Below, one piece after another: positions 13,100-26,110 of a stretch of DNA of 64,000 bases; the stretch's first letter is position 1, and every line of letters starts with the position of its first letter. The notes under the pieces are model-generated. The model was not told the DNA's origin and did not search any database. It worked only from the letters and a program-made list of their open reading frames with translations. Source of the stretch: Lama guanicoe. Its lineage: Eukaryota. Made by a program: the position numbers and the translations under genes. The DNA is taken from the NCBI GenBank assembly GCA_013239625.1, contig MU053881.1:4609957-4673956 (forward strand), in the 5' to 3' direction.

Positions 13100-13310
13100 G
13101 GAGAGTTTGGAAGCCTGAGGTTCAAATCTCAGGAGGAGCCCTTATCAATCACATGGCTTGGGCAGGCCAGGGACCCAGTAAGAGCCAATAAGAGCCTCGG
13201 TCTCCTTACCCACAGCATAAAGATGACAAAATGCCTTTCACATCATTGACATGAAGACTAGTGAGAAAGTACACAAGGTGCTGGTGTGTTATAAGAACTC
13301 AAAAAACACT
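13100..13310 (+). mobile_element. MIR SINE (diverged)
   Basis: ggttcaaatctc...gcttgggcagg...gagcctcggtctcctt. Confidence 0.45.
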
Positions 13311-13644
13311 GCGTTTTCTCCATTCCTAAGTACCTCCCCTTTTTATCAATGTCACAGTCTATCACATTTCCAAATTTAGGGTGTGTGCCACCAGATGCCA
13401 GCTTGATCACTACCTATGAAGGGAGTGAACTCAGCCAAACTGCTCTGGAGAAATCATAGAATTTTCCCAAGAAGAAGCTGGTGTACAAGACCCCAAGGTG
13501 AGAATGACCAGCACTCAGGGCTGGCATGTTCACCTGTCAAGAGTCCCCATTCACCTCGGTGAACAGAAGGGTCTCTGAAGACTAAGTCCTTGGCCCAGTG
13601 CTATGGAGCAAAACTGTCAATAACGTGGCTGAGGAACAGACCCG

Positions 13645-13850
13645 ACAGTGGAGTGTTAAGGGTTGAGGGTAAAGATTCTGGACTTAGAGTAGTCCTGGGT
13701 GTGAACTTAAGAAAGGCACTTTACTTCTCCAAGTCTCAGTTTACTCATCTGTAAAGTGGAACCAGTAAGAGTATACATCCTAGAGTGGCTGTGAGGAGTC
13801 AGAGATGGATAGTGTTGAATGTGCCCAGCACAGAGCCCACATCAGTCAGC
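13645..13850 (+). mobile_element. MIR SINE
   Basis: ctcagtttactcatctgtaaagtgga core. Confidence 0.7.
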
Positions 13851-14031
13851 TGCAGAACCCAACTGAGATGAGCCAGGACACCTCTCCCTTCAATGTTCAG
13901 GCATTTCTGTAGGGAAGGGGGTTTGCACCATGATCTACCCGTTCTCCAAACCATACCATCAGCACCCTCCACATTTTCTTTCATCCCTCTTAAGGCCTTG
14001 ATCATAAAGTCTAGGAGAAGTAAAAAGTAGC

Positions 14032-14235
14032 TCATCCATTCATCTGTCCATCCATCCACCTATCCATCCATCCATTCATCCACCCATCCATCTATCCACC
14101 CATCCACCCATCCATCCATCCACCCATCCATCCGTCTATCAATCCACCCACCCATCCATCCATCCACCCATCCATCTGTCTGTCCATCCACCCACCCACC
14201 CATCCATCCACCCATTCATCTATGCACCCACCCAA
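14032..14235. repeat. Imperfect (TCCA/CCCA)n tetranucleotide microsatellite
   Basis: About 200 bp of catc/cacc units, seen directly. It abuts a minus-strand L2 3' tail. Confidence 0.95.
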
Positions 14236-14340
14236 CATTTATTGAGTGCCAGCCCTTTGCCAAGCCTGACATAGCCACTGGGAACTAAGAGATGAACAAA
14301 ACAGACTCTTCTCCATAGGAAGTCACAGTGGAAGTAGTGG
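14235..14340 (-). mobile_element. L2 3' tail
   Basis: caacatttattgagtgcc...gatgaacaaaacagac. Confidence 0.7.
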
Positions 14341-14364
14341 AGGAATAAAAGTAATGATAAGAAA

Positions 14365-14595
14365 AACAAACACTTACTTAGGGCTAGATGCCAGGTGCCA
14401 CTTCAAGTACCTTTGCATAATACATTTAATTCTCCCAACAGGCTTATGAGATGGTACAGTTATAATTCCCATTTTACAGATGTAAAAACAGAGGTAGAGA
14501 CGGTAACTTTCCCAAAGTCACAAAGCTGGTAAGTAGTGGAGCTGGGATTTGAACTCAAGCCTGCTGGCTCCAGAGTTTATCCTTTTAACTAGACT
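14365..14595 (-). mobile_element. MIR SINE
   Basis: cccattttacagatg...gctggtaagtagtggagctgggatttgaactcaag. Confidence 0.85.
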
Positions 14596-15209
14596 GAGAG
14601 TCAAAAAACTTTTACATCTGATCTGGTACAGACACCAACCCATCAGAACAAACATCGGTGACTCTGCAATGCTCTGACATGCCAGCCAAAACCCAGCCAG
14701 CCCTGCATGAACTGCTTTTAGCCTCTGACTGCAGGACCCTAACACTAATACAGTCCTGGGCAGAGGGCAGGGGATCAGGCTTGGGGGCACGAAGGAGGGT
14801 GTCCAACAGCTCCGCAGAATCAGCAGGCAGCTAACGGCTGGTGGGGCTTCAACACCCTGAAGGCTGATGACTGGGGAACATGTGAATTACACTCCATCCC
14901 TCACAGGTCACCAAGCGCTCTTCTCACACACATCAGCTCATTTAACCTACGAGAGAGCCCTATGAAGGGGATCTAATTGCTGTCCCCACTTCACAAAGCA
15001 TCAACCAGAGGCTCGGGGTCCCAAAGTCAGGGACGCCCAGCACACCTGTCAAAGACCCCTGCTCAGCTCAGACGAAAGAATTCTTTCCAAAGAGAACGAA
15101 CATCTTTGGCCCAGCGCTGCGTGCCTGCAGAAGCAACAGAGCTGGACCTGCATTCAGTCTCTTTGCCCCTCACCAACAACCAGTCCGGGTGTCAGGGTCC
15201 CTTCCTTTA

Positions 15210-15505
15210 TTCTCTGCCCTGGTGCCCCCTCCTCAAGGCAGCCACGCTGACTGTGCTGTCTAAAACAGCACCTTGTCGTCCACCGCTGCCAGTCCCTGCA
15301 CTGGCATTTCCTTCTGGTCACCATGGTGTTCTGGCATCATAGTAGGCTGATTTTCCTGTCTACTTCTCCCCAGCCAGACTGTAAGCTCAGGGAGTACAGG
15401 AAATTCACCTAGCTCGCTCTTCACTGCACCCTCAACGCCTAGAACACGTCCTCAGTGCACTGGAGATGGTCAGTGTGGCTCAGTTCAAGGAATAAACAAA
15501 CAAAT
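15210..15505 (+). mobile_element. L2 3' end
   Basis: agactgtaagctc...tcactgcaccctcaacgcctagaaca. Confidence 0.65.
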
Positions 15506-16039
15506 GGCTGGAGGTGAGCTGGAGAACTACCTCTCATCTAAGAAGCCAAAAACAAGAACCAGAAATTCACCTGGACCCCCCACCCCCACCCTCTGGGTCT
15601 CAGGTACCCCCTCCCACCCAGGCTTGGCCTCGGGGCTAACAGGAACACTTGACCTCTTGCTTCCCTCTCCCAGTCCTCTTCCCTTTCAAGGACACTCTCC
15701 TAGGGGTCATGCCCACAAGGCGCCCCTCATTTCAGAAGCCCTTGTGGATGACACCCCATAGCCTGCACTCCAGGTCTTTCTTGCTCACCTACTGCCTCAC
15801 ACACGTATACGCCCCTGTTTCCAAGCCCCGAGATTATCAGGCCCAGTCCATTTCCTCAGGTATCTCGAAATCCTGTAAACTCACTCATACAAAGGTATCG
15901 ATGCACAGTAACAGGTTAACAGATGTGATTTTTAAAGCGAGCCTTCAAAGCTGACAATACAGTGACACACTAGAATGGGTAACTAGGAGTCTGTGGTATC
16001 CTCATCCGACACAGAATATTACCTGCCAGTGTCATTTAT

Positions 16040-16200
16040 GCATTTGTTCATTTCTTCACTAAGTATCTCAGCAAACATTTGCTGAGTGCCTTCTGCCTGC
16101 CAGGAAATGTCCTGCATGCTGGGAACACAACAGTGAGCGAGACAGCCAGGTCCCTGCTCTGAGAAAACCCACAGTGTAGTTTGAGGAGACAAAGCGGTAA
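16040..16200 (-). mobile_element. L2 3' tail
   Basis: cagcaaacatttgctgagtgccttctg...gctgggaacacaacagtgag. Confidence 0.7.
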
Positions 16201-17436
16201 GTGAAGACCTCGCCCAGGAGTTTTCATTCTCATTCTTGGGATTACAATAAAGGGTGGAAACTCACGCAAGGACAGAGGCCGTCAGGAAGGGCTGCTGGGG
16301 AAACTGCAGCCTCCCTGGCGGCTGGTGGTGGACGGGGAGCCCACCTGGGAGCCGAGGGGATGCGGGCATGTCGGGATCTGCAATGGTGCAGAGGGCTGAG
16401 CCCACACAAGCAAGGCTGGCCCTGGGCCCACCTGTTTCATGAGCCCCTCAAAAGTGGCTGAAGCTCAGCACGGCCAAGGCCTTGGTGCCAGGCGGGAGGG
16501 AAAAGCAACAGGTCAGGGCATCCTTGGGACAGGACAGATGCCAACAGTTCGTCCCTCCCTCTGGAATGTTGGAAATCGAGTCTGTGTTGCTGTGGTTCTC
16601 GGTTCTCAATGAAATCGCCCAAGGTCATGATCATAACAACACAAGAGGCAAATCAGCCGTCCCTGCACACTCTCTGCTGTACCTCCCTGACCCCGGCATA
16701 TCTGAGGAGCCGTGTCAATATTCTACTGCCCTTTCCCCTGCATGCCAAAGCAAAGAGAGCCTTCAGCGCTAACCGCGATAATCACGGGTGATCTGAGAGT
16801 TTTCTGTGACCTGCCAACTAAGGTAAGCGACTTTTTGCAAAGATCCCAAGACTTTGCCTTCCATACAGCTTGAACCCAAGTCTCCCTCCCAGGCACAATC
16901 CCCAAGGTGCCCAGTTGCCCAGAATAAAGAAATCATAGCTCTTTCCTTTTCTGGTGTTCTCTGATGCAACACATCTCCAGCAATGGTCAGCAAAGAAGGC
17001 AAGTCACATCCATGGTGGAGACAAGCCTATGCAACTAGTTCAAACATACAGCAAGGCACTGTACTCACTGCACAGAGACACACGCTGTTCCGTGGACACA
17101 AGCCTATTTGTGAGTCACCGGGCATAATGGGGCATTGTTGGAAGCGTTGGGAACATGAGAATTTCCCCACTGCCCAGCTTGGGTAATGCTGGAGCTATAT
17201 CTGCCTCCAGAAATGAAGTCAGACAGACTCAGCCCAACTTCCAGCTGCCAGGTCCAAACCATGGGGCCACCACGTTTTTAGGCTGGCTTTTTGTTCATGG
17301 GAGTCACCCCTTGCCCTGAGTTATGTTTAAGGGTTAACTTCTCATCTGCACGTGCAAAAGAATGAGTGCTTTGACAAAGGATGTGCACAGAACTCCGACC
17401 AGAGGGTCCTAGGCCATGGGAAAGGCTATTTTAAAA

Positions 17437-17474
17437 ACACATACATGCATACACACACACACACACACACACAC
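17437..17474. repeat. (CA)n microsatellite
   Basis: Seen directly. Confidence 0.95.
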
Positions 17475-17579
17475 CCAGGGCTCTGTCCTATCAGATAGAT
17501 TGGTGGGAAAAGGAAAACTTTGCCTGTAATATGGTGTGAGGAAGGGATATGGCAGGCACGCACATAGTATAATATTACT

Positions 17580-17820
17580 CTCATTTCTTGAGTACATCAT
17601 GGACTAGGCACTGTTCAGTGCTTTACGTGCAGGACTTCATTCCCTTCCACATCCCTAAGATCCAGGTGGGTTGTGCCAACCTCATTTACAGGAGGAAGCT
17701 GGGCTCTGAAAGGTGACAGAACATGTCTGTCACACAGCTAGCGATTTGCCCACCTGGGATCTGAACAGGTCTGAGGGACACTAGAGGTGGTGTTCTCTCG
17801 GCCACCACACTATGCCACAC
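17580..17820 (-). mobile_element. MIR SINE
   Basis: ctcatttacaggaggaagctgggctct...gtcacacagctag. Confidence 0.65.
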
Positions 17821-18159
17821 AGCAGGATTTGGAGGGAGGAAATTTTGTGTTTGAGTGACACTTAACTGCCAGGAGAAGCATCTCCTTAGTGCTGGATAAA
17901 GGACGACATGGGGGGGGGCGGTTCCAGCTGCACAATCCCAGACACGGAGCTCCTCTCTCCCCTGGTCCTTTGCACCTGTCTCCATCACCGCGCTTGTCAC
18001 ATAATTCAACACCAAGATGGCTTGTTAGAAGGCTGTCTCCCTGACCAGATCCTGAGTCCACCAGAACAGGCACTCCATTGTAGTCTCTGCATCTGCCACC
18101 ACACCTGGAGCTGGGCTCACACTCCAGACATTTTTGTGAGTCCACATGCATGGGTAATT

Positions 18160-18265
18160 CAGACACTCTGGGTTCAAGTCCAACCTCAGTCACTGGCTGG
18201 CTGGGTGGCCTTGAGCAAGTAACTTCATGTCACCAGGTCTCAGTCTTCTCCTCTGCACCATTTAG
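18160..18265 (+). mobile_element. MIR SINE fragment
   Basis: gggttcaagtcc...ggccttgagcaagtaactt...tctcagtcttctc. Confidence 0.65.
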
Positions 18266-19499
18266 AGGTTCACTTACAACTCGATCTACCAATCAACAGA
18301 TCCCGTGGGTGGAATGCAAAAAGGAACGCTCTTCGTTTTCATTTTATTTAAATGGACATAGATTTGTTTCCTCCATAGAAAAATATAACCAGCTCTTCAA
18401 GCCTCTGAAGTTTTCTTTTAAAATAAGACTAAGTTTTAAAAAAAAAGTAGTTCATCTTAAGAATCTATTCAGTCTTGTCCATTTGTACTTAAATGTTACA
18501 AATAACTCTTCAGGTGACACATGGGTGAGTGAAGCATGGAAACCACCAGGTTTTGGATCTTTCACGTCGATTAGCGAGTTGGCTGATCATTAACATCAAT
18601 GCCAGAGACTAGAGCCTGTGCCTCTGGGAGGAGGGCCAGAGGAGGAGCTACAAAGCACGCAGGCTCACAGAGAAGAGAAGGGAGGTCAGACAACACATTC
18701 TGAAATGGCCTTTGGCCTCTTGCACACTCAGCATCAGCATCTGCTGGACGCCTGGTACTGGCCGGCAGACCATGGGTGACATCCAAGGGACAAGAAAAAC
18801 AGCCAGAGCAGATGGATGGAGCTGAGGGGACAGGACAACTAGAAGCTGGTTTTGTCTTTTTAAAGTTCTAAGTTCTCTCTGTAGAAGTGACTGCAGGCAA
18901 GACTTGCTCGGTTTATCCATATCAAACGTGGACGTGGGGCACTTCCTGGAAGACAGAAGACCTTCGTTTTTATGCCTCTGCTGAGGGGAGACAATTAGAA
19001 GCTTGGGCCAAATGACCTCTAATTTTCCATCTAATTCTGACTTTGCTTGGTGCCATCACTAATTTAGAATTAGAGTTCTCCAATGTGTCACCTGTTACAC
19101 TGTCTCATTTTCCAGAGTTACTGTCTCCTAAGCTCCCACTCGGAGCTCTTGGGGATGGGAGTGGCAGCCACCGAGAAGGCTGGAGGGTGAAGATTCGGCA
19201 GCAGGGCTCCATCAGCTTCTATTTCCCAGAGACTCTGACCTGTCCGTGCATAGAAGTCAGAAGCATCACTTTTGAGCATCAAGGAAGCAGGCGTATGTTT
19301 CCAATGTTTGCCAGGGAAACTACACAGATGAATCCAGCTTCCCATGAAATGTGAACCAAAAGCAAATAAAATGGAGAAATCACATCACAACATTTCCTTC
19401 ATAGCCACTCTATACTTTTCCTCTGGCTGGACATCCGCTAGGATTTTCCCAATTTCTTTTAGATGTCAAGGATAGAACAGTGAAGAGTTCTGGACTCAA

Positions 19500-19625
19500 T
19501 TCTGATGTTGGTTAGAGGGCAATTTCCCCACATTCCTAAGCAATCCTCGGACACCAGCTGGGTGTATTAAAATTCGACTCAATTCTGACACCGTCTCCCT
19601 GAAAACAGCATCAGATCCCGAAGGT
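19500..19625 (-). mobile_element. MER21-like LTR fragment
   Basis: acaccagctgggtgt...ctcaattctgacac...cagcatcagatcc closely matches the copy at 50283-50357. Confidence 0.65.
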
Positions 19626-21564
19626 CATCCGTGTTATCTAAAAGTCAGAGAGAAGAACACGCATGCACAAAAATGCAGAGGGGCTCCTCTTGGCTGGAGA
19701 GCAAAAGCTGACCTGGGCCATGATTCTGAAGCCCTTAATTCCTCTGCTTCTCTGCTACCGAGTGCCGTGGCCAGGGACAAACGTTCCAGTTGTTAAAGGC
19801 CTCCTTCTTCTAAGTTGCATAACAGAAATGGATGGTTCAGTGCAGAGCTGGGCGTGCAGAGCTGTGGGGCTGGCAGACTGCACGCTGGGCCCGGCCCTTC
19901 AAGCAGACCTTAAGCAGTTTTTACAGTCACCCATGGGCGTTGAGCAGGAAGAGACCTCAGGCATCCATCTGCAGCTTTGGACTAAGAAAGGGGCAAACGT
20001 GCCTGTTTCAGCGTGGCTAACAGGAGATTCCAGAGGCTTCTTGCTCAATGGACTCATTCTACATGTAGTGGAGATAATTTTTCTAATGGTGTCTATTATC
20101 CCAGACATGTGAGGACATGCCTGGTCCTCCCTGGCCCATCTCCATCTTCCAGGTCACAAAATTAGCATAAAGTCCTGACATTTGGGGGACCAGCCATTTT
20201 ATTTGAGAACTACAAAGCTGCGTCTGCTGACTCAAATAAGGAGCCCCACTGTCTCCCCTTAGTCCCTCTCAACTCAGCAACAACCAGGAAAACAGTCCCT
20301 GAAACATGGCCTTTCTTTCACTCATCTTCCTGCAAAAAGTCACATACTGGGCAAGGCAGCCAGGAGTCAAATTCTCCCTTGGTTTCACCACATAAGATGC
20401 TGCCAAAGTAACACCAATATATTCCGTGATCCCCGCTCGATTCCATCTTCATTTAGCAAAATCCACTGGCACCATTAATCTGCTTTGCAGCTCAGCAGAG
20501 AATAGTACATAAGCCACTGACACAAAACTAAGCATTAGGAGGGAAGTGGGAAAGACCACTGCTGACGGTGGCCAAGCATGGTACTTGTCATATCCTATGA
20601 GACTGTTAGTCCACGGGGAGGAAGCTGAAGATGCTGGCAGCTCAGGAAATTCAAGTCTCGGATAAACAGAAGAAAGCATGGCTTCTTGTAGCAAACAGGC
20701 ACTAGACATCGGAAGCAGTCAATGCTTTTTAAATGTTCAAATAAATTCACAGATGACAGATTCAGACGGGACTGTGAAAGGGACCTAGAACAGGCAATGT
20801 TCATGAATCAGAAGGATGACTAAAGCAGAATGGTTTCCGTCTCCCCCAGGAGAACAATATTGCCCTGGCAAGGTTAGGAAGCCTTCCCGACCCTGGACTT
20901 CACAATAATTAAATCACAAGTATGACTCTGAATACGTCAGGAGAGCACAGATAATCACAACTGGAAACCTTTAGAATAGTTTCCAGTGCTAAGAATTTAC
21001 GTGGCATGCCTGATCAGAGGGACATGGCTTCATCAATCACATTAATTATACAAAGGGTCTCATTTTCCTACAAAGTGTACAAAATCAACTAAGAAATACA
21101 ATGCAACTACACCACCAACTTGACCTAAAGCTGATGTGTTGGCTATACTACTCATTAAATTAGCGCCAATTTGACTCGCCTTTTTAAAATGTGGGAGATT
21201 TGGGAAGAATGATTTCAACACCCTTGGTCTCTTTTGAAGACGGTGCAAGAAAAACTAAATGAACACCCTGGTTTTCTTCTAAGAAGCTTTAAAGCAGCAG
21301 GAAGGCGCATTTAGCATCAGTTCCCTGCCTCAGAGTCCTGCTCGCACTTTTCAGCGATCTGAGAGTCCTGACCGCGGTGGTGGTGGGCATGCCGCTTCGA
21401 AACTTCCTTGAGATCCTCCAGCCTTAGTTTGGACTCTTCAAATGCAGGAGTACTCGCCACAAGGCAGCTCCTTACCTTCAGAGAGATGTCTAGTTCCCTC
21501 TAGTTCCAGTTCTGCTCTCTGTATGAAGAAATAAAGCTAATCTTCCTTTTGTAGACCAGGTTAT

Positions 21565-22030
21565 GCCAGTTAAAAGGCTGTTAGCTTCAAGAAAAAGAAA
21601 ACCCAAGTCAAAGGGGATCAAACAACAAGATTTATAGACTCACCTGCAAGTCAGCCCCATTTAGGGTGGGCTAGCCGCAGGCAGGGGAGACTGAGCTAGT
21701 GGCCCGGCCACCCCCCCAAGTCTGGTTGCCCTGTGGTCACATACAGCCAGTGGTCTATCTGGCTCTGCTATCTGGCTCACCGTTGGGGGGAGGTGTGGAC
21801 AGAGAGAAGGTCCCTTCCTGAACCCTTGCATTAAAGTTCAGAATGATTTTCCTAGATACCCCTACTAAATCCCTCCTTGCATCCCATTGGCCTAAATGTC
21901 TTAGCACTGCCCATCTCTGAGCCAATCATAGAGGCAAGGGGATGGGACTTTCCTGACTGGCTTAGCTATAGACCAACCAGGGCCCATCCAAGCAATGCGT
22001 CAATCTGCCAACCCCCACTGCTGTTACACA
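21565..22030 (-). mobile_element. Old MaLR LTR (MLT1-like, diverged)
   Basis: gaaaacccaagtcaaagggg; cccattggcc...gcccatctctgagccaatca. Confidence 0.5.
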
Positions 22031-22339
22031 GTGGGAGAAGGGTGCACAATGGGAGAAGGGATGTTGAAGGGCAACCATGGTGTCTACTCTGTGGTCCTTC
22101 TCCCTTTCTGCTTGGAAAGACCAGCCCCTTCCCCGATCCCCCACGGGCAGGATCCCTGGGCCTTTCTGGTCGGCCTGCCCTCTCCAGCACTCAGCGCTCT
22201 GGGGTGCTAATCTACGTAGGGGAGCCACTCTGTACCTGTGCTGATACACCAGCTGTCCAGGGACACCAGCTAAGCCCAACTGGTAGCTTTTACAACCATG
22301 TCATGCTAGGAGCTCATCCTGGACAAACTGCCATGAACT

Positions 22340-22525
22340 TCAGTGCAGGCTGGGTTTGGATTCCTGATCTAGCACTGACCGGATGTGGCTTCACCCTTGC
22401 TTTGCTCATCTGTAAAGTGGAAATACGAATAGTACCTATTATATTGGGTTATTTTGAAGAGATAAATCATTCACTGCGGGGTGCACAGTAAGTTCCTCGT
22501 AGATTTTGGTATTATTATCAATAAC
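22340..22525 (+). mobile_element. MIR SINE
   Basis: ctcatctgtaaagtggaaatacgaatagtaccta. Confidence 0.7.
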
Positions 22526-22991
22526 AATAAATTAGTTCTCTCCCATCTGGTACCGATATCAGCCACCAATTGTACAGGAAAGCAAAGGCTTTCTGCTTCT
22601 TGCCTCACACCAGATCCGGAAATGTGATCCTTGCCATCTGTGGACTCCCAGTTGTGCCGAAGGCCCCACATTCTCTGCAGAAGAAACTCTCTCTCTGCCC
22701 TCCCTGAGCCCTCCCCTCCCCTCCCTCCACCTGCTCTGCCGCTGCCCGCTGCCCTCAGATGCTCCATAGATAATAGAACTCAGCCCAGCAGACAGACCCG
22801 CTTATAGTAACTGTCTCTTTTTCAGTTGCTAATCTGTGCCTCTGTGACTCAAATGTAACAAACCAACGTCTGCCTTATGAAAGTTAATTATAAGAACAAA
22901 GTATCAGAGCAGCTGGAAAGACCATTTCAATAGGGAGCCTTCATCTTGTAAAACACGCAGCTTACTCTGGCAGCTATCAAGAAAAGTCACT

Positions 22992-23062
22992 CTGGAAATT
23001 GACACAACATTGTAAACTGACTATAACTCACAAAAAAAAAAAGAGAGAGAGAGAGAAAAGAA
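22992..23062 (+). mobile_element. Extremely 5'-truncated L1 (about 40 bp of 3' end plus tail)
   Basis: aaattgacacaacattgtaaactgactata matches the L1 3' end at 58526-58555. Perfect 13 bp TSD aagaaaagtcact at 22979-22991 and 23063-23075. Confidence 0.85.
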
Positions 23063-23799
23063 AAGAAAAGTCACTTTCACACTGCATTTCTTTGCAAGCG
23101 TTTCTATGCCATATGAACTCGTCGCACTGCACTGGGAAGTCATGGAAATAATTACCCATATTGAGATTTTTAAGCAGTTCTAAGCAATTTGCCAAAGCGC
23201 AAATGAGAGGGGAAACCGCCTGCCTAGCTACTGTTGTCTCATTGGGGTGAAAAGCGGTGAAGGAGAAGGTCATGTCCCACATCTCAGCACTTCCTCCCCT
23301 CCCAGCCTGAGAATTCCTGTTATTCGAGAACTTTCTGGAGCCCCCACCCCGCAATCTGTGCAGCACCCTGTTGCTTTGGCCTGGTCCCCTGGGCTCTGTC
23401 CCTTTGCCCTGATTCAATCTCCTTCTGGATAGGCACCTGAGCCAGGCGGGCTGCCTGGCTGTCAGGGTGGTTCTCCTAACTCCCTCTCTGCCCAGTGCCC
23501 TGCAGCCGTCTGTCTGGTCAGGCCTCTCCCGGCCCTGCGCTCAGCCCGACCCTTGCCCTGATCACCTGCCTAACCAGCAGGGGAGTCCAGATAGGTGAGA
23601 TGGAGACCTTCTCCTTACACACTCCATGGAGGAACACCTGAGAGGGTTCAGGGTACATATCTCAACTTGATTTTGACCTCAAGGAGGAAACTCAAGTTCT
23701 TGCAAAAAAACATCTCCCTTATCAGAAGGACGGGATGGATCGTGAAGCTAATTTTGTGCAGGAAGCCTGACTCAGATGAGGTCTCATGAAGGAAACACG

Positions 23800-24150
23800 T
23801 GGCGGAGGGGATGGCTGTTTCTGTTTCTTCTCTGTTCCCTCTGCCTCATGGCCTTGCAGAGCAGGAGATGGTGCAGAGAACTACACTGGGCGTGGCTACA
23901 TGCTGTGCTTTGGCCAAAAGAGTATGAGCAGACGTGATATGCACTGAACTCTTCCAGACTTGCACAGTTTGGTCTGTCCTTGGCACTTGCGTGATCCACC
24001 ATGACAAAAGTAAGCCCTAAGCCACCAGTTCAAAGAGACTTGGACCCAACCTGCAGCTTGAAATCAAGCCTGGCCAGTGCCAACCAGGAAAATGTCAACT
24101 CCAAGTCTGTGAGCAAGAAAATAAATGTTTGTAGTTGCTTGTATGCAACA
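23800..24150 (+). mobile_element. Old MaLR LTR (MLT1H/I/J-like)
   Basis: gacttggacccaacctgcagc...ctgtgagcaagaaaataaatgtttgt. Confidence 0.55.
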
Positions 24151-24246
24151 AAATCCAAAACGGAACAGCCACTGCCCAGAAACACCATTACTGGCATCCT
24201 GACCACAGGGTTCCTTATTGTCCCAAATAGAGAGGTGACTGCAATC

Positions 24247-25424
24247 AACAAACACAATGAAAAAGGCAGCCTAGGGAGTGGGAGAAAATATGTGCAAACC
24301 ACGTATCTGATAAAGGGTTAATATCCAAAATATACAAGTAAATCACACAATTCAAGAGCAAAAATAAAAACAAATAACCCAACTTAAAAACAGATGAAGG
24401 GCCTGAATAGATATTTTCGCAGAGACATTTAAATAGCCAACAGGTACATAGGAAGGTGCTCAGCACCGACCATCAGGGAAACGCAAACCAAGACCACAAA
24501 TAGATCTCACCTCACACCTGCTAGAACGGCTATTATCAAAAAGACAAGAGATGACACATGCTGGAGAGAGTGTGGAGGAAAGGGGGCCCTCCTGCACTGC
24601 TGCTGGGCATGTGAACTGGTGCAGCCACGATGGAAAACAGTATCCAGGTTCCTCAAAAAATTAAAAATAGAACTACCATATGATCCAGCAATCCCACCTC
24701 TGGGTATACATCCAAAAGAAATGAAATACTCTCTCAAAGAGATATCTGCACCTCCATGTTCACCGCAGCACTATTTACAATAGCCAAGACCTGGAAACAA
24801 GCTGTGTGCCCACTGACAGATGAATGGATAAATAAAATGTGATATATAGATATAGATATAGATATATAGATATATGGTGGAATATTATTCAGCCATAAAA
24901 ATGGAAGGAAATCCTGCCATTCGAGACAAAATGAATGAACCTTATGGGCATGATGCTAAGAGAAATAAGTCAATCAGAGAAAGACAAATACTGCATGATT
25001 TCACGTATATGTGCAACCTAAAAAAATCCCAAACTCATAGAAACAGAGAACAGGGGCAAGGGGATGGGGTTGGGGGAAGGATGGGTGAAGGTGGTCAAAG
25101 GCTACAGACCTCCAGTTATGAGATGAGTAAGTTCTAGGGATCTTTTACATACAGCATGGTGACTATAGCTAACAATACTATATTGTGTATGTGAAAGTTG
25201 CTAAAAGAGTAGATTTTTAAAGTTCTCACCACACATACACACAAATTCTAACTATATGAGGTGATGAATGTATTAGCTAAACTTCTTGTGGTAGTCATTT
25301 CATGATATATACATACAGCAAATCATTACATGGTATTCCCCAAACTTACACTATGGTATACGTCAATTATATCTCAGTAAAGCTGGGGGAAAAAATGAAA
25401 AGATGATAAATATTTTTTTTCCAA
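24247..25424 (+). mobile_element. L1 (decayed ORF2 C-terminus plus 3' UTR, L1MA9-like)
   Basis: gggagaaaatatgtgcaaacc, cctcaaaaaattaaaaatagaactaccatatgatccagcaatccca, caattatatctcagtaaagctgg. TSD agaggtgac(t/c)gcaatc at 24231-24246 and 25425-25440. Confidence 0.92.
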
Positions 25425-25589
25425 AGAGGTGACCGCAATCCTTGCAGCACAGAAGAGAGAAGAGTTGCCACTCCGTCAACAGCCCCCAGCACTCTGCAAA
25501 GCAGTGAGAGCAAGGAAATAAATCGGAATCCTGGATGGAAGCTGGCTTCTGCCATTCTTCACGTGCCCCGTGTGGTGAACGACTGTCTG

Positions 25590-26110
25590 TCCTCCCCACA
25601 TCCCTTTCTCCTTCCTCTGGCCGCAGCCCCAGGCTTCCCTGTGGGGAGCTGCCCCACCCTTACCATCAGCCCTGTGTTGTAGGAACACTCCCCGTTCTCT
25701 GGCTCTAGGCGTGGTTCATGGTTCTGCCCTGGCCTTTCAACACATTCCATTCCCTGGTCATGGTGAGTGGGTCGGAGATGGGCACGTGACCCAGGCCAGC
25801 CCCCAAACAGCCAACCAGCAGACTTCTGCGAGAAGCATTAGGGAGGAGCTGCTGCTCTCTTTCTGGAAAGATATGGGCCCAGAGCTGGTGGAACCACCAC
25901 ACACAGACAAGATTGCCCAAGAACGAAGCAGACACAGAGGAAAACCAGGGCTAAAAGATAGAAAGTGACAGATGGCCAAAGACTTCATGTGAGCCCCTGG
26001 ATCCAGCTGTGCCTGAAGTCAAACTATCCTGAACATCTCAGATATATGAGCCCACACACTTCTTTTTCTTTCTTCAGCCAGTGGAGTTGGTTTCTTTACG
26101 TCCTCCACTG
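25590..26110 (+). mobile_element. Old MaLR solo LTR (MLT1K-like)
   Basis: gggcacgtgacccaggcc; gagcccctggatccagctgtgcctgaag. Confidence 0.65.

Noticed and set aside
14032..14235. CRISPR-like or structured repeat array
   Set aside because: It is a simple tetranucleotide microsatellite with no repeat-spacer structure, in eukaryotic DNA.
21877..22491. 204 aa ORF
   Set aside because: It begins in an LTR remnant and ends in a MIR core, with no recognisable protein similarity.
24247..25424. Functional L1 ORF2
   Set aside because: It is 5'-truncated to about 1.2 kb with multiple stops and frameshifts.
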